IMG/VR virus record: IMGVR_UViG_3300020178_000825
Location: 1 to 64,000 of that record
DNA: 64,000 bases
DNA from: an uncultured virus (IMG/VR IMGVR_UViG_3300020178_000825)
Lineage: Duplodnaviria; Heunggongvirae; Uroviricota; Caudoviricetes
Reading direction: 5' to 3' (one strand)
The position numbers and the translations under genes are program-made. Positions 47,501 through 56,200 of this stretch are shown here, one piece after another; the stretch's first letter is position 1, and every line of letters begins with the position of its first letter. Under the pieces are notes generated by a model. That model worked only from the letters and a program-made list of their open reading frames with translations, did not search any database and was not told the origin of the DNA.

Positions 47501-49313
47501 CACTAATTTCCTTTGCTTCAATTGATTCAGATACAAATAATGAAGAACTAAATTCTGCTCTATCTGCTCCAAAGAATTTAAAACCATCCTCTGGGTCAAC
47601 TGATGCTGTTGCTGAACCACTAGCAATTCTTGGTGAATCACCAGCTAAGTTAGATATCGGAATATTAAATAATCCACTACCATCACCAGTGTATATTCCA
47701 TCTTCTAATGTAACTCCACCACTTACAAATAAAGAACCTGTAAATTGTGAACCACTTGCTTCAGATATTACTATAAAACCATTTTGTTCATCAACTGAGG
47801 CTGTTACATTACCATCTTGTATTTTTGTTGCAGCTACAACCTCTTCAGCTAATGCAGATAATGGAATATCAAATAAACCAGCACCACTACCAGAAAAGAA
47901 CGAACCAGAAATACCACCACTTACAAAAAGTGAACCACTTAATTCAGTTTTTACCGAACCAGTTGATTCCACTTTAAAGAATCCTTGAGGTGAAACAGAT
48001 GCGGTTACAGAACCAGATGTAATTTGATTTGTTACTAATGCATCTTCAGTAAGAGCAGAACGAGGTATATCAAATAAATCAGCACCACTACCAGAATATG
48101 TTTCTCCATCGGATAATGTAATACTACCACTAATTCTAATTGAACCCGTGATTTGAGAACCACTTTCTAATGATTCTACTTTAAATCCTTCATCGGGTGA
48201 AACCGATGCGGTTACACTACCACTTTCTAAAGATGTTGCTATTAATGTTTCTGTTGATAATGCAGATAATGGAATATCGAATAAATTAGCACCACTACCA
48301 GAATAAGATTCACCATCTGCTAAGGTTATACTACCACTAACTTTAATTGAACCAGTTATCTGAGAACCACTTTCTAATGATTCTACTTTAAATCCTTCAT
48401 CGGGTGAAACAGATGCGGTTACACTACCACTTGTTATTTTATTTGTTACTAATGCATCTTCAGTAAGAGCAGAACGAGGTATATCAAATAATCCAGCACC
48501 ACTACCACTAAAGATAGATGCAGATACTGAACTACTTACAAATACAGAACCACTAAATTCTGCTTTAACATCACCTTCAGTATCTTCTAATATAAATCCT
48601 CTTTGTGGGTCAACCGAAGCGGTTACTGAACCTGAAGTAATTTTATTGGTTACTAATGCATCTTCTGTAAGTGCTGAACGAGGAATGTTAGTTAATCCCT
48701 CACCACTACCACTAAAGAATCCCGCGCTATCAAATGGTATTTCAACAACACCATCGGTAGTTAGTGAACCAGTTATTTCAACCGAACCTGTAAATTCTTG
48801 TCTATCGGTTAGTTCATCACCAAATTTATTTGAACCAGATGAGAAAAATATAGATGAAGAAATAAATTCAACTAAAATTTCTCTTGCTACAATTTTATTA
48901 TCAACAACTAAATCACCAGTAAATCTACCATTACCATCAACAGTCAATCCACCATCAAATGAACCAGATGTGTTAACTAAGAATCCAGTTTGTGGAGAAA
49001 TTGATGCCGATGCAGAACCTGATATTAATCTACTAGCATCTTCTACTAAGGGTAAATTTGTTAATTGTGAACCATCACCTTGAAATGAACCACTAAATGA
49101 ACCACTAAACTCTTCTAATTGAATTTTAGTAACAAATAGTCTATTACCAGCATCATCCGATGCAACTAATGCAAAAGAACCAGAACTAATACTACCACTT
49201 TCAGGAACCCCCAAATTAGGCTCGGCTTCTGAAAGGGATAAATACTGATACCTATCCAGCGATACGTCCTGCGGACGAGTTACTTTTACTTTACCACTTA
49301 GTAATTGACCCAT
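35541..49313 (-). CDS. giant fibre/virion protein (4590 aa)
   Basis: Dozens of ~65-70-aa SGSxTAS...FSGSGxGLFDIP repeats, cupredoxin-like inserts, long Gly-X-Y tracts and a C-terminal fibre-tip domain (IDL..GNNF...SWP..V.W..G.APTLT); followed by LRR and chaperone genes. Confidence 0.88.
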   Translation of the reverse strand: MGQLLSGKVKVTRPQDVSLDRYQYLSLSEAEPNLGVPESGSISSGSFALVASDDAGNRLFVTKIQLEEFSGSFSGSFQGDGSQLTNLPLVEDASRLISGSASASISPQTGFLVNTSGSFDGGLTVDGNGRFTGDLVVDNKIVAREILVEFISSSIFFSSGSNKFGDELTDRQEFTGSVEITGSLTTDGVVEIPFDSAGFFSGSGEGLTNIPRSALTEDALVTNKITSGSVTASVDPQRGFILEDTEGDVKAEFSGSVFVSSSVSASIFSGSGAGLFDIPRSALTEDALVTNKITSGSVTASVSPDEGFKVESLESGSQITGSIKVSGSITLADGESYSGSGANLFDIPLSALSTETLIATSLESGSVTASVSPDEGFKVESLESGSQITGSIRISGSITLSDGETYSGSGADLFDIPRSALTEDALVTNQITSGSVTASVSPQGFFKVESTGSVKTELSGSLFVSGGISGSFFSGSGAGLFDIPLSALAEEVVAATKIQDGNVTASVDEQNGFIVISEASGSQFTGSLFVSGGVTLEDGIYTGDGSGLFNIPISNLAGDSPRIASGSATASVDPEDGFKFFGADRAEFSSSLFVSESIEAKEISGSFSGSGANLFDIPESALSFEISKITSGSVTASVDAEDGFVVTSIASGSTFFGEVRVESGSSYSGSGAKLFDIPVAAIVDLDTSLIFSGSITASTNPEDGFVVTSIESGSTFFGDVKLSSGSVFSGSGRDLFDIPRSALTEDALLSSFIASGSVTASVSPVFGFRLEGTNRAEFSSSVFVESGVSASVFSGSGAGLTDIPESALAFDINKISSGSATASISPNEGFVVNTFSKFEFPVSASMFSGSGAGLFDIPQSALTEEAFRIASGSATASVSPNLGFVVNTSSLFEQDVRIDSDLVVTGRITTNELYTNFISSSIVYSSGSNIFGDSAEDKQTLIGETEIVGNVTASGIISSSFEGDGSRLFNIPLNALSEEAFRIASGSVSASLLYKSGSDEPSLFRVEDTTRKEIRTELSGSLGVSGSLSASMFSGSGEGLFDIPRSALAPDALLSNLIATGSITASLNPNGGMNVNTFTTITGGLFVKAEQTPGQAEVSLIELGDTTRISGSLFISESVTASLFQGDGSGLFNIPAAQLSGDSPRIASGSATASISPNLGFQVNVPATFDSSISASTTIFAKDVEVTDDVTADRFIGNEVSGAFSGSGRDLFDIPRSALTEDALLTNNITSGSITASVIVVPPESGSNIFRVEDSTGTTKSEFSGSVFVSESITSKFFIGDGSQLTNVQAEESPVIASGSATASVESGEFFIVNAGSGSQFTSSIDITGSVVISNDLTASKINVDELDATIITSEEFTGSFSGSFAGDGSQLNNIPFTSLSGDAPRIGSGSVTASTDPDRGFVVESLDSGSLFTGSLFVSGNVQINDGIFKGDGAGLFNIPQSALAEDSPRIASGSVTASVSPNLGFVVNTSGSIQGDLTIDNDLYVSGAINARELNVTFIDSVVITSSGSNTFGNSLDNRQEFTGSVFVTNSLDVDGVITGDGSGLFNIPQSALTEEAFRIASGSVSASVTPERGFFVESTESGSEFTGSVKISGSLDVNEGFKVGTDITASEGTVSASFFVGDGSQLTNLPAAEFAEEAKRIASGSATASISPNLGFVVNTTTNLEDDVRITGSFIVSSSNGFVDTGSINTTFNVINEGSSAYRFSGGVVGDNPTITIVRGLTYTFNVNAPSHPFYIKTQNSDGTEFEYSGSVITNNGTENGTITWIVSGSAPNTLYYNCENHLAMAGEFNIVDEIPLYGQIDLIGDTEVVGNLNITGSTFVTGNLDVSNTITANEVSASKFLGDFSGSFSGSGRDLFNIPLSALAEDVLPRSFIASGSVTASVSPNNGFEVNSSASIEGNLKVIGDTFVTGGLVISSSITEVEAVSQSFYITFNADSSSYLVDSVEEPTLTLVRGIEYTFNVNTPNYNFYLKTNNTTGSGDLFSTGVTNNGEDSGSIVFTVPQSAPGTLYYISEESSSLSGSIRVADNLNINERIAFEGKTEVSGNLDVSQTIIANDGSITNDLIVGDTTTTEKLVANHITASSITASYLDFINFDNGIQSVAGRLKWNETDGTLDLGMKGNEATLQLGQELYYPPVVNKDGNNLINGTLVMVDPAQPAQGNRIRVIKSVTDGTYAEDLLVGILTEPIDNNQEGFVTWFGYVRGVQINALESGSLKDSGSVWAEGDILYGDPQRPGGLTNVQPEAPNLKSSIAVVTAKNGNNVTLLVRPHLGDHLYDLHDVQITTSDAILVDSGSIKSDDGDLLVWNSGSQRWENTRENLELSGSFSGSFAGDGSQLTNISLANLSFDVNRLVTGSVTASVSNDGKFVVESTGSVRTELSGSLFVSESIEIGGIYTGDGSGLTNISLANLAFDVAQIVTGSVTASTNEDGRFIVEDPFGGVKSEFSGSVEISQSLNVGGVISGDGSGLTNISIANLAFDADRIATGSVTASIDESGFFRVFSTSSVKSEFSGSVFISESISASLFVGDGGGLFNIPAEALQDLELDRIKSGSGEAVIDPNQLTVNVPLSASLFRGDGGGLFNIPAESLTDLELDLITSGSTFAQVSDNNGFVVFAPESGSQLTGSLFVSGAISLISGSSFSGSGRNLFDIPADAIFDLDQTRITSGSVTASVSPVQGFVVNTSASIEGDLTVQNDITVNDITANDITASVFRGGLLSGSFEGAYRGEGDAEDREILIFDAASNKFVPVPESTPTTTEPFSNATEVTIVHNFDVAYPIVQVYETGSNGMIIPLAIESIDNNTVKVKFSGLTSGQIVVGSGGSKISGAISGDNVIGTVSSASYAIFAETAGTASSVAGLDSASLAALQDLENFVRNEQTASMTVLSSSFAITASYAENAEVSVDLSEYIQNSQTSSMSVATSSYSLFAVTASYALNAGAGGGGTDLYIFETGSVVNGLVGNMNFTGSGVSVTPSGSDGVLVEVLSNSTGDGFPFSGKAELSGSLNVTGSLVVTGSVFLDLETGSSNDLVIYDTTNKKLQTKSIAEVAGTSGTTGTAGTSGTAGTTGSSGTTGSSGTSGIDGTSGTSGTDGTSGSSGTTGSSGTTGSAGTSGSSGTSGSDGTSGSSGTSGSSGSSGSSGTTGSSGTTGSAGTSGSSGTSGTSGSSGTSGSTGTAGTSGTSGTSGSSGSSGTSGIEGGGMFVVRSNGFVYNIDGTSGDFPTLTVVRGELFYFDVSNVSSSHPFALRLADGNTSAVPGTTNNDPTNGNHSTNVLIKYRVPENAPDSIVYQCAIHSSMIGTIEIVDKNGSSGTSATSGTSGTSGTSGTSGTSGTDGSTGSAGTSGTAGTTGSSGTTGSFGTSGSSGTRGTSGTSGTDGSTGSAGSTGSAGSSGTTGSTGTSGSSGSSGTSGTSGTDGSTGSGGTSGSSGSAGTSGTSGTSGSAGTSGTSGSAGTSGSSGSSGSTGSSGTTGSEGTSGSSGTSGTSGSSGSSGSSGSSGSTGSAGTSGIGTDGTSGSSGTNGTSGSSGTSSTSGTSGSTGSSGTTGSEGTSGTSGTSGTAGTSGSSSTSGTSGSSGTSATSGTSGTSGTSGTSGSDGSTGSAGSAGSSGSSGTSGSSGTSGAQGTSGSAGTSGSSGTSGEQGTSGSAGTSGSTGSAGTTGSAGSTGSAGTSGTSGTSGSDGTSGTSGLDGTAGTSGSSGTSGSTGSAGTSGTSGTNGTSGTSGTDGTSGTSGTTGSAGSSGTSGSSGESGSSGTSGTDGSSGTSGSDGTSGTTGTAGTSGSGGTTGSAGTSGTSATSGTSGTSGTSGSSGSAGSAGSTGTAGSGGTSGTSAEGSSGTSGTTGTGGTSGTTGSGGTSGTSGSAGSTGTGGTSGTSAEGTSGSAGTSGTNGTSGTSGTDGTSGSTGTAGSGGSSGTSAEGSSGTSGTSGINGTSGSAGTSGSSSTSGTSGTSGLDGTFFGSSGTSGTGGSAGTSGAGTDGSAGTSGSSGTSGLDGTFFGSSGTSGTSATSGSSGSSGTSGLTGTSGSTGSSGTSAEGTSGSSGTSGAGTSGTSGINGTSGSTGTAGTSGLDGTFFGSSGTTGTGGTSGTSGAGTSGTSGFDGINGTAGTSGVDGTFFGTSGTTGTSGSSGSTGTSGTSGLGSSGTSGLDGTFFGSAGTSGTSGAGTSGSSGTTGTSGSSGLDGTNFGSAGTSGTSGSTGTSGSAGTSGSTGTSGTSGLDGTNFGSSGTSGVTGTSGTTGTDGSSGTSGSSGLDGTNFGSAGSSGTSGITGSSGTSGSGTSGTSGLGTNGTSGTSAEGSSGSSGTSGAGTDGSAGSTGSAGTSGTSGTSGLNGTFFGSSGTSATSGTTGTDGSSGTAGSSGTSGLNGTFFGSSGSSGTTGTGGTSGVSGSDGTSGLGSSGTSGTSAIGSSGTGGTSGTSGVDATGTAGTSGTSGAGTSGTSGLLELNGVTPNGVITYNGTGNEATVESNLIYDGVTLEVPQISGSVYIESKIFIELYKDLGAGANVTIDLEQGNNFEYEVNNNCTFTFSNPPGNPKAFGFTLVIENGGAFTVSWPTGVLWANGNAPTLTTSGKDILVFYTYDTGTTYYGFLSAANMS
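36010..39398 (-). repeat. Ser/Thr/Gly triplet coding repeat, about 1130 aa, punctuated by GLDGTFFG and TSAEG motifs
   Basis: Direct reading of the translation. Confidence 0.95.
39735..40172 (-). repeat. second Ser/Thr/Gly triplet tract, about 145 aa
   Basis: Separated from the main tract by a single cupredoxin-like domain. Confidence 0.9.
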
Positions 49314-49328
49314 TTACAACTCTTATTT

Positions 49329-50192
49329 TTATTCATTAGCGGTTTCTAATATAGATAGAACCACACTTAAATCAGTAGAACCAGAAAAAACCAGTCCATA
49401 ATCTTCCTCCAATACTAATTTACCAGCCACAACAGGGGAAAATGAATCACCTGTTGGTATCGGAAAATTAGTTACAAACTCTACTGGAGTTTGTGTTTCC
49501 GTTACTGGGTCTTGAATTGCTCCAGATATTACAGTAAATAGTTCTCTTATAATATTTGATGAACCACTTTCAGCTATTAAATTAGTATTAATTGATTGTG
49601 TTACGCTTGATTGATATAATCTATCTACATCATCAGAACCCGTTACTGATTCATTTAGAATAATTTTCTGAGCAAGTGTATTTGTGTACGATATTGCATT
49701 TATTGATGCTGTAATTTGATTTGATGGAATCAATAATACACCATCTTTATCATAAAAAGATAGTGCCGCTTTATTGGTTCTAATTGTACTACCACTATTA
49801 ATTATATCAAATGTTACAGCGTTTACAGCGGTTTCAACATATTCTTCATATCTTGATGATGAAAATCCAAATGGAATTTCTTGAAGATTATTATTGAATC
49901 TAGTGTAAGCAGCTACTTCTTTTTTAAGGAAATTTTTATTTTCAACTATTAATGCTGATGATGAGAAGAAACTTCCTGAATTTGCAATTCCAGCAACTTG
50001 TGGAACTGGTAAAATTCTGTTTGGTGCTAACTTAATTACAACTTCTTGGGTTTGTGTACCATTGTTTGTAATTTGAGCCGATAATATAATAGTAGAAACA
50101 CCAGTAGGTGCTTTATACACCTGGTCTTCCTCACCAGTCAAAGTTGCAACTACTGATTTAAATGCGTTTAATGGAATTAATTCATCTGCCAT
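49329..50192 (-). CDS. adaptor-like protein (287 aa): MANTFK-type fold with an inserted helical repeat
   Basis: N- and C-termini align by eye to 33462..33794; the middle resembles the repeat of the upstream giant protein. Confidence 0.75.
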   Translation of the reverse strand: MADELIPLNAFKSVVATLTGEEDQVYKAPTGVSTIILSAQITNNGTQTQEVVIKLAPNRILPVPQVAGIANSGSFFSSSALIVENKNFLKKEVAAYTRFNNNLQEIPFGFSSSRYEEYVETAVNAVTFDIINSGSTIRTNKAALSFYDKDGVLLIPSNQITASINAISYTNTLAQKIILNESVTGSDDVDRLYQSSVTQSINTNLIAESGSSNIIRELFTVISGAIQDPVTETQTPVEFVTNFPIPTGDSFSPVVAGKLVLEEDYGLVFSGSTDLSVVLSILETANE

Positions 50193-50211
50193 GTTTTTTC
50201 ACTTTATCTTA

Positions 50212-50220
50212 TATAAATAT
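50212..50220 (-). promoter_or_regulatory. ATATTTATA motif (putative late promoter)
   Basis: Exact motif 19 nt upstream of the ATG at 50192. Confidence 0.55.
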
Positions 50221-50234
50221 TCAACTTTAATTTA

Positions 50235-53200
50235 TTACCCTTCCAGAGCGAGAGAGAATGGTGTAACTAATGAGAATAATGAACGAGAGAATGTTCTACC
50301 CTGTAATGTACCAGTTGCCTGATTAATTACAAGTCCCGTACCAATCTTAAAGTCACCAAGTTCGTTACCCGCAGTGAAGAATACTCTACCTCCACCCAAT
50401 TCAACAATTTCTTTATCTGGGTCTGGAACTCCATTACCACCTTGGTTAGGAGGTAATGCTTTATAAGTTACACCAGAACCAGCATATGAGAAATCATGTC
50501 CAGTAGTAATAATTAGTGAACCAAATAATTCCAATGGTGCATTTCTAGCAACTTTTTGGAATAAAGTTCTTAAATATCTATTTGTTTCTGCCGTTTCTTT
50601 CTTTTGTTCGTTTATCACTACACTAGCATCACCATAAACACCATTGTAGTAAGATTTTGCAGCTTCAATACTTCTCTCATTACCACCATATAGTAAATCA
50701 GTTGAAATAGCATCTAAAATAAATCCAGTATCTCTATAACATTTTTCTTCGTTATATTCAAAACCTGGGAATGCTGCTTCAGTATATGAAATTGCCGATG
50801 ATTGTAAATATTTCTTCGCTGCTCTTAATTCATTGTAACCATTTCTTCTATTCAAACTAGCGAATGTTAATTGGTCTTGCTTAATAACTTTTTCAGCCAT
50901 TCCTTTTGCGAAATCAATACCATCGATTGTTTGGGGTTTTTGTTCAGTAATTGCTACTGAAGGAATATAGTAATAGAATGTAGCCGCTTGGATACTTCTT
51001 TCGTTACCACCATATACCAAATCAGTTCTAACCGCATCTATGATGTAACCCAAATCTCTACTACAACTTACATCATTGTAAGCGAACTCACTCCAAGATG
51101 AAGATAAAAATGCGATAGTTTCTTTTTGAATAAATGTTTTGTTATTCACCAATAAATCAGCCGCAACTAATACCGATGCTGATGGTTCGTTCCATTCAAT
51201 ATTTTGAATCACATTTTGAGCCAATCCACTAGCATATTTGATACCAGTAGTTGTTGGGTCTAATTGAGATACCACCGAAGGTACACCTCTTTCAGTTGCC
51301 GATGATGGGTATTTGAAGTAGTAATTACCAGCGATAACACTTCTTTCGTTACCACCATACAATAAATCGGTTGCTGCTGCATCTACTATGAATCCAGTAT
51401 CTCTTCTACATTTAGCTTCATCATAGTAAACACCACTCCAAGAAGAAGATACATACTGAATTGTTTCTTCAGCGATAAATGGTTTGTTCTTTCTCAACAA
51501 GTCAAACGATGCGGATACTTCGGTAGATGCTGTTACGAATTGGATATTTTGAACCAATGCTTCAGAGATTCTACCAGCGTATTTCACACCATCAGTTGTT
51601 TGATTTGCTTGAACTGAAGTTGCTTCCGATGGATATAAGTAGTAGTATTCACCAGCGGTTCTACTTCTTTCATTTCCACCATATAAGAAATCAGTTGCAA
51701 CTGCATCCACAATATATCCAACATCTCTAGCACACTTATCTTTGTTGTACTCAAATGTACTCCAACTAGCAGTTAAGTAAGCCAATGATTCTGATTGAAT
51801 GAATGTTCTATTGTTTAGTAACGATTCGTTACCAGCAATTCTTTCAGCTGATGGAGATTGGAATATTTGGTTTACAATTACTTTTTCCATCATATCACCC
51901 GCGTACTCAATTCCAGTTACCGTTGGGTCTAATTGAGCGTTAGTTGCTGATGATGGATATTTGTAATAGTAATTTCCAGCTATTACACTTCTCTCAGTTC
52001 CACCATAAAGAATATCAGTTGAAATAGCATCTAAGATGTATCCAATATCTCTCTTACAAGTTTCTTGGTTGTAATCAAACTCACTCCAAGAAGATGATAA
52101 GTAAGCGATTGATTCACTTTGAATGAATCCTTTGTTATCTCTTAATAAATCATAAGATTGTTGAGAAGCTGATGATGGTGATACTAATTGAATATTACTA
52201 GCAACTTTCTCAGCCAATCTACCAGCGTATCTGATTCCATCCAATGTTTGGTCTAATTGAGAACCAGTTGCTTGTGATGGATATAAGTAGTAGAAGTTTC
52301 CTGCTTTGTTAGTTCTTTCGTTACCACCATATACAATATCAGTTCTTACAGCATCAATAATGTATCCAACATCTCTCTTACAAGTTACTTCATCATAATC
52401 AAAAGTTGACCAAGATGAAGATAAGTAAGCGATTGTTTCAGTCTGAATGAATGGTGTGTTCAATCTCAACAATTCAGATGTTACAACTCTTTCAGAAGAT
52501 GCAGTTACAAATTCAATATTTTGAATAAGTTTTTGTGCCAATCTACTTGCGTAATTGATACCATCTAAAGTTTGATTTAATTGAGCTCCTTGCGCTTGGG
52601 ATGGGTATTCATAGTAGAATTTACCATTTACAATAGATGCGGAATTAGCGTTCCAAATTAAATCTTCAGCTGCTCCACTAATAATCAACTTAATATCTCT
52701 AGCACATTTAGCTTCATCATAAGATGCCGTACTCCAAGAAGATGATAAGTAAGCTATTGATTCCGATTGAATGAATGAAATATTACTTCTTAGGATTTGG
52801 TAAGCTGCGATTGTACTTTCATCAGTTGATGGAGTTGTATAAGTTCCAAACAATGGAAGTGAACCAGTTCCATTAGAAATAATATCAGTTACAATCTCAA
52901 CCGATTCTGAAATAAATGAAATATTTTCTAATGAACCACTAGCTGATGAAGAAATGTATTGAGTAACATTTGTTACTTTAATGTTCTCATTTAAGTTTTC
53001 AACTAATGTTGGGATAACACTCACACCATCTTCAACAATACCACTAACTGATGCGAATGAAGAACTAATCTTAGTTAATTCAACTTCACCAGCAGAAGAT
53101 GCTGAAATGTATTGAGGTGTTGATGTTACTTTAATATTATTGTTAGTATTCAAACTAGCTGATGGAATTGGTAAAGTATTCTTATCAATCAATTCAGTTA

Positions 53201-56200
53201 CCAACTTAGATGCGTAAATTACTGCATCAGTAGTTTCACCCAATTGTGCGGTTGTTGCTTGTGATGGGAATTTATAGTAGTACTGTCCAGCTACGATTGA
53301 GCGTTGGTTACCACCCCATCTTAAATCAGTTGCTACCGCATCTACGATGAATCCAGCATCTCTACTACAACTAGCTTCGTTGTATTCTAAGTTTGGATAT
53401 TTAGCGTTTACAAATGCAACAGTTTCCGCTTGGATAAATTCTCTATTTTCTCTAATTGAATCGTAAACGAATTCAACTTCGTTTGAAGCAGTTACAAACT
53501 GAGAACCACTTAGTAACTCATTTGCCAATGATTTAGCGTAATTGATACCAGTTACAGTTGGGTCTTTTTGTTGGTCTACATTTGGTACACCACCCACAAT
53601 CGCTGCTGATGGATATCTATAATAGTAATCTCCAGCAATAACACTTCTTTCATTACCACCATATTTCAAATCAGTTGCTACTGCATCTATAATATACCCA
53701 ACATCTCTCTTACACTTAGATTCGGAGTAATAGAAATCACTCCAAGAAGAAGATAAGTAAGCGATAGTTTCGTTTTGGATAAATTCTTTGTTTTCAACCA
53801 ATAAGTTGTAAGATGCCGAAACTGATGATGATGCGGTTACGAATGTTCTATTTCTTACAATGTGTTGAGTTAGAGTACTAGCATAATTGATACCATCTAA
53901 TGTTTGTTGTAATTGAGAACCAGTTGCGGCAGATGGATATTCTAAGTAGAACTTACCATTTACCACCGATGCGGAATTTGAGTTCCAAATTAAATCTTCC
54001 GCTGCACCACTCACAATCAATGCAACATCTCTACTACAACTTGCTTCGTTGTATGAGAAATCACTCCAAGAAGATGAAATGTAAGCGATTGATTCAGATA
54101 CAATAAATGGTAGGTTATTCTTAATTAACTGATAAGCCAATTTAGCTTTTGGAGAATCAGATGGAGTTGTGTACTCAATAATCGTAGGTGCCGAACCACT
54201 TCCATTCTCAATAATATCAGTTACAATAGCGATTGATGAAGATACAATCTTAGATTGTAGTTTATCAGCTGATGATGCTGAAATATATTGTGGAGTATCC
54301 GTTACCTTAATTAGGTTATCAACATCGGTATTATTTCTTACGATAGTTGGTTTTTGAGATAATCCATTTTCAACAATGTCCACCACAATTCCAAATCTAT
54401 TATCAACAATTGAAAGTTCAGCCGTTGATGCAGATACAGAAGATGAATATTGAGTTGTGTTTGTAAACTTACGTTTGTTGTAAGTATTATCAACAAAATC
54501 AGCAATAGATGATGTTGTATTTTCAATAATATCATTAATTAATGAGAATGAACTACTTACGATTGCTAATTCAGTATCAGTTGTATAAGTTCCAGTTGGA
54601 GTTACAACATATCCAGATTCACCTGCTATTGTTGGGTCACCCAAATCACCATCTTGGAATATACTTCTAATAGTTGCCAATGATGGTTTACTAATTGTAG
54701 GTGAAATATATGTGTTATGGAATGCATAACCTAATGGGTTATTTGCTAAAATTCCAGCTTGTGTTCTCATTGAATCATCCCACTCAGGAGAAAGACTTCC
54801 ATTTTCCCATAAATCGGTATATTCAAACATTGAGAAGTTTAACAAATATAGATATTCTTTAGCAGCTACCTCAAATGCATCAGAATCAGTTTTCCAACTA
54901 TTACCACCATATCCCGATGAATCCCACAATCCAGCATCATATGCCTCTTCCATTGCAAGATATAAATCACCAGTCTGCCAATCAGATGCCAAATAAGAAT
55001 ATAGTTTTATATCATCTGCAGGTAAACCATGCATATGTAATGTGTGGAATATGTGTTCAATTACTTCTTGTGCATCTATATCACCAGAACCAGATATATC
55101 ACCTGTTGAGTTTAGATACCAAACCATATCGTTTTGTACATGAGTATCAAACAAGTTTGTTAAGTTCCAATATAAAATACCAGCATCATCAAGGAAGTTT
55201 GGAGTATAATCACTTCCAGCTCCTCTTGCTACTCTTTGTATAGTTGGTAATCCAGCGTGGTAAGTTCCACTATCACCACTTAATGTTTTAATTAAATTTC
55301 TTTGGAATGTTTCATTTATTCCCGAACCACTTGGGTCAGTAAATAATTCAAACATACGAGCAACTTTCTCAGTAAATGCATCAGGTACAGCAGTTTGTCC
55401 ACCAACATCACCGGCTACAACAATTCTTACACCATTGACTGTAACTTCTTTTTTGAAGAAATCACTACCATCACCAGTTAAAGATATAATTGAACCATTG
55501 TTGTATTCTGAATCTAATGTAGGTCCAGCTATTTGAGTATAAGAACCCGTTGTTAATTGTTGTGGAGTATCTAACTCAGAAGTTTGGAAATGCTTAGCGA
55601 TAGTAAATGGAATATCATCAGAACCTAATCTAATAATATCGTTAATCATATCAATACTTGCCGATACAATTCCAATTTGTGTTCCTTTGTTTTGAGATGC
55701 AACCTCAGTTAATCTTTGTGCGTACTCAATACCAGCAACAGTTTCTTCTAATTGATATCCAGTTGCTTGTGATGGATATTTGTAATAGTAATTTCCTGAT
55801 TTAACGCTTCTTTCATTACCACCATATAGTAAGTCAGTTGCTACACCATCAATGATGTAACCCACATCTCTACTACACTTACTTTCATTGTATTGGTGAG
55901 TTGGGAATGAGGATGATAAGTATGCAATTACCTTAGATTGGATAGTTGCTTTTTCATTTACAATTGAGTTATAAGAATCAACAATAGTAGAATCTGCCGA
56001 TGAGAATGTTACATTCTGAATCAATTTCTGAGCTAAATTACTAGCGTAGAAAATACCATCTAATGTTTGGTCTAATTGTGAGCTTGTTGCCTGAGATGGG
56101 TATTCTAAATAGAACTTACCATTTACAATTGAAGATGAATCAGTATTCCAAATTAAATCTTCAGCTGCCCCACTTACAATCAATCCAACATCTCTTCTAC

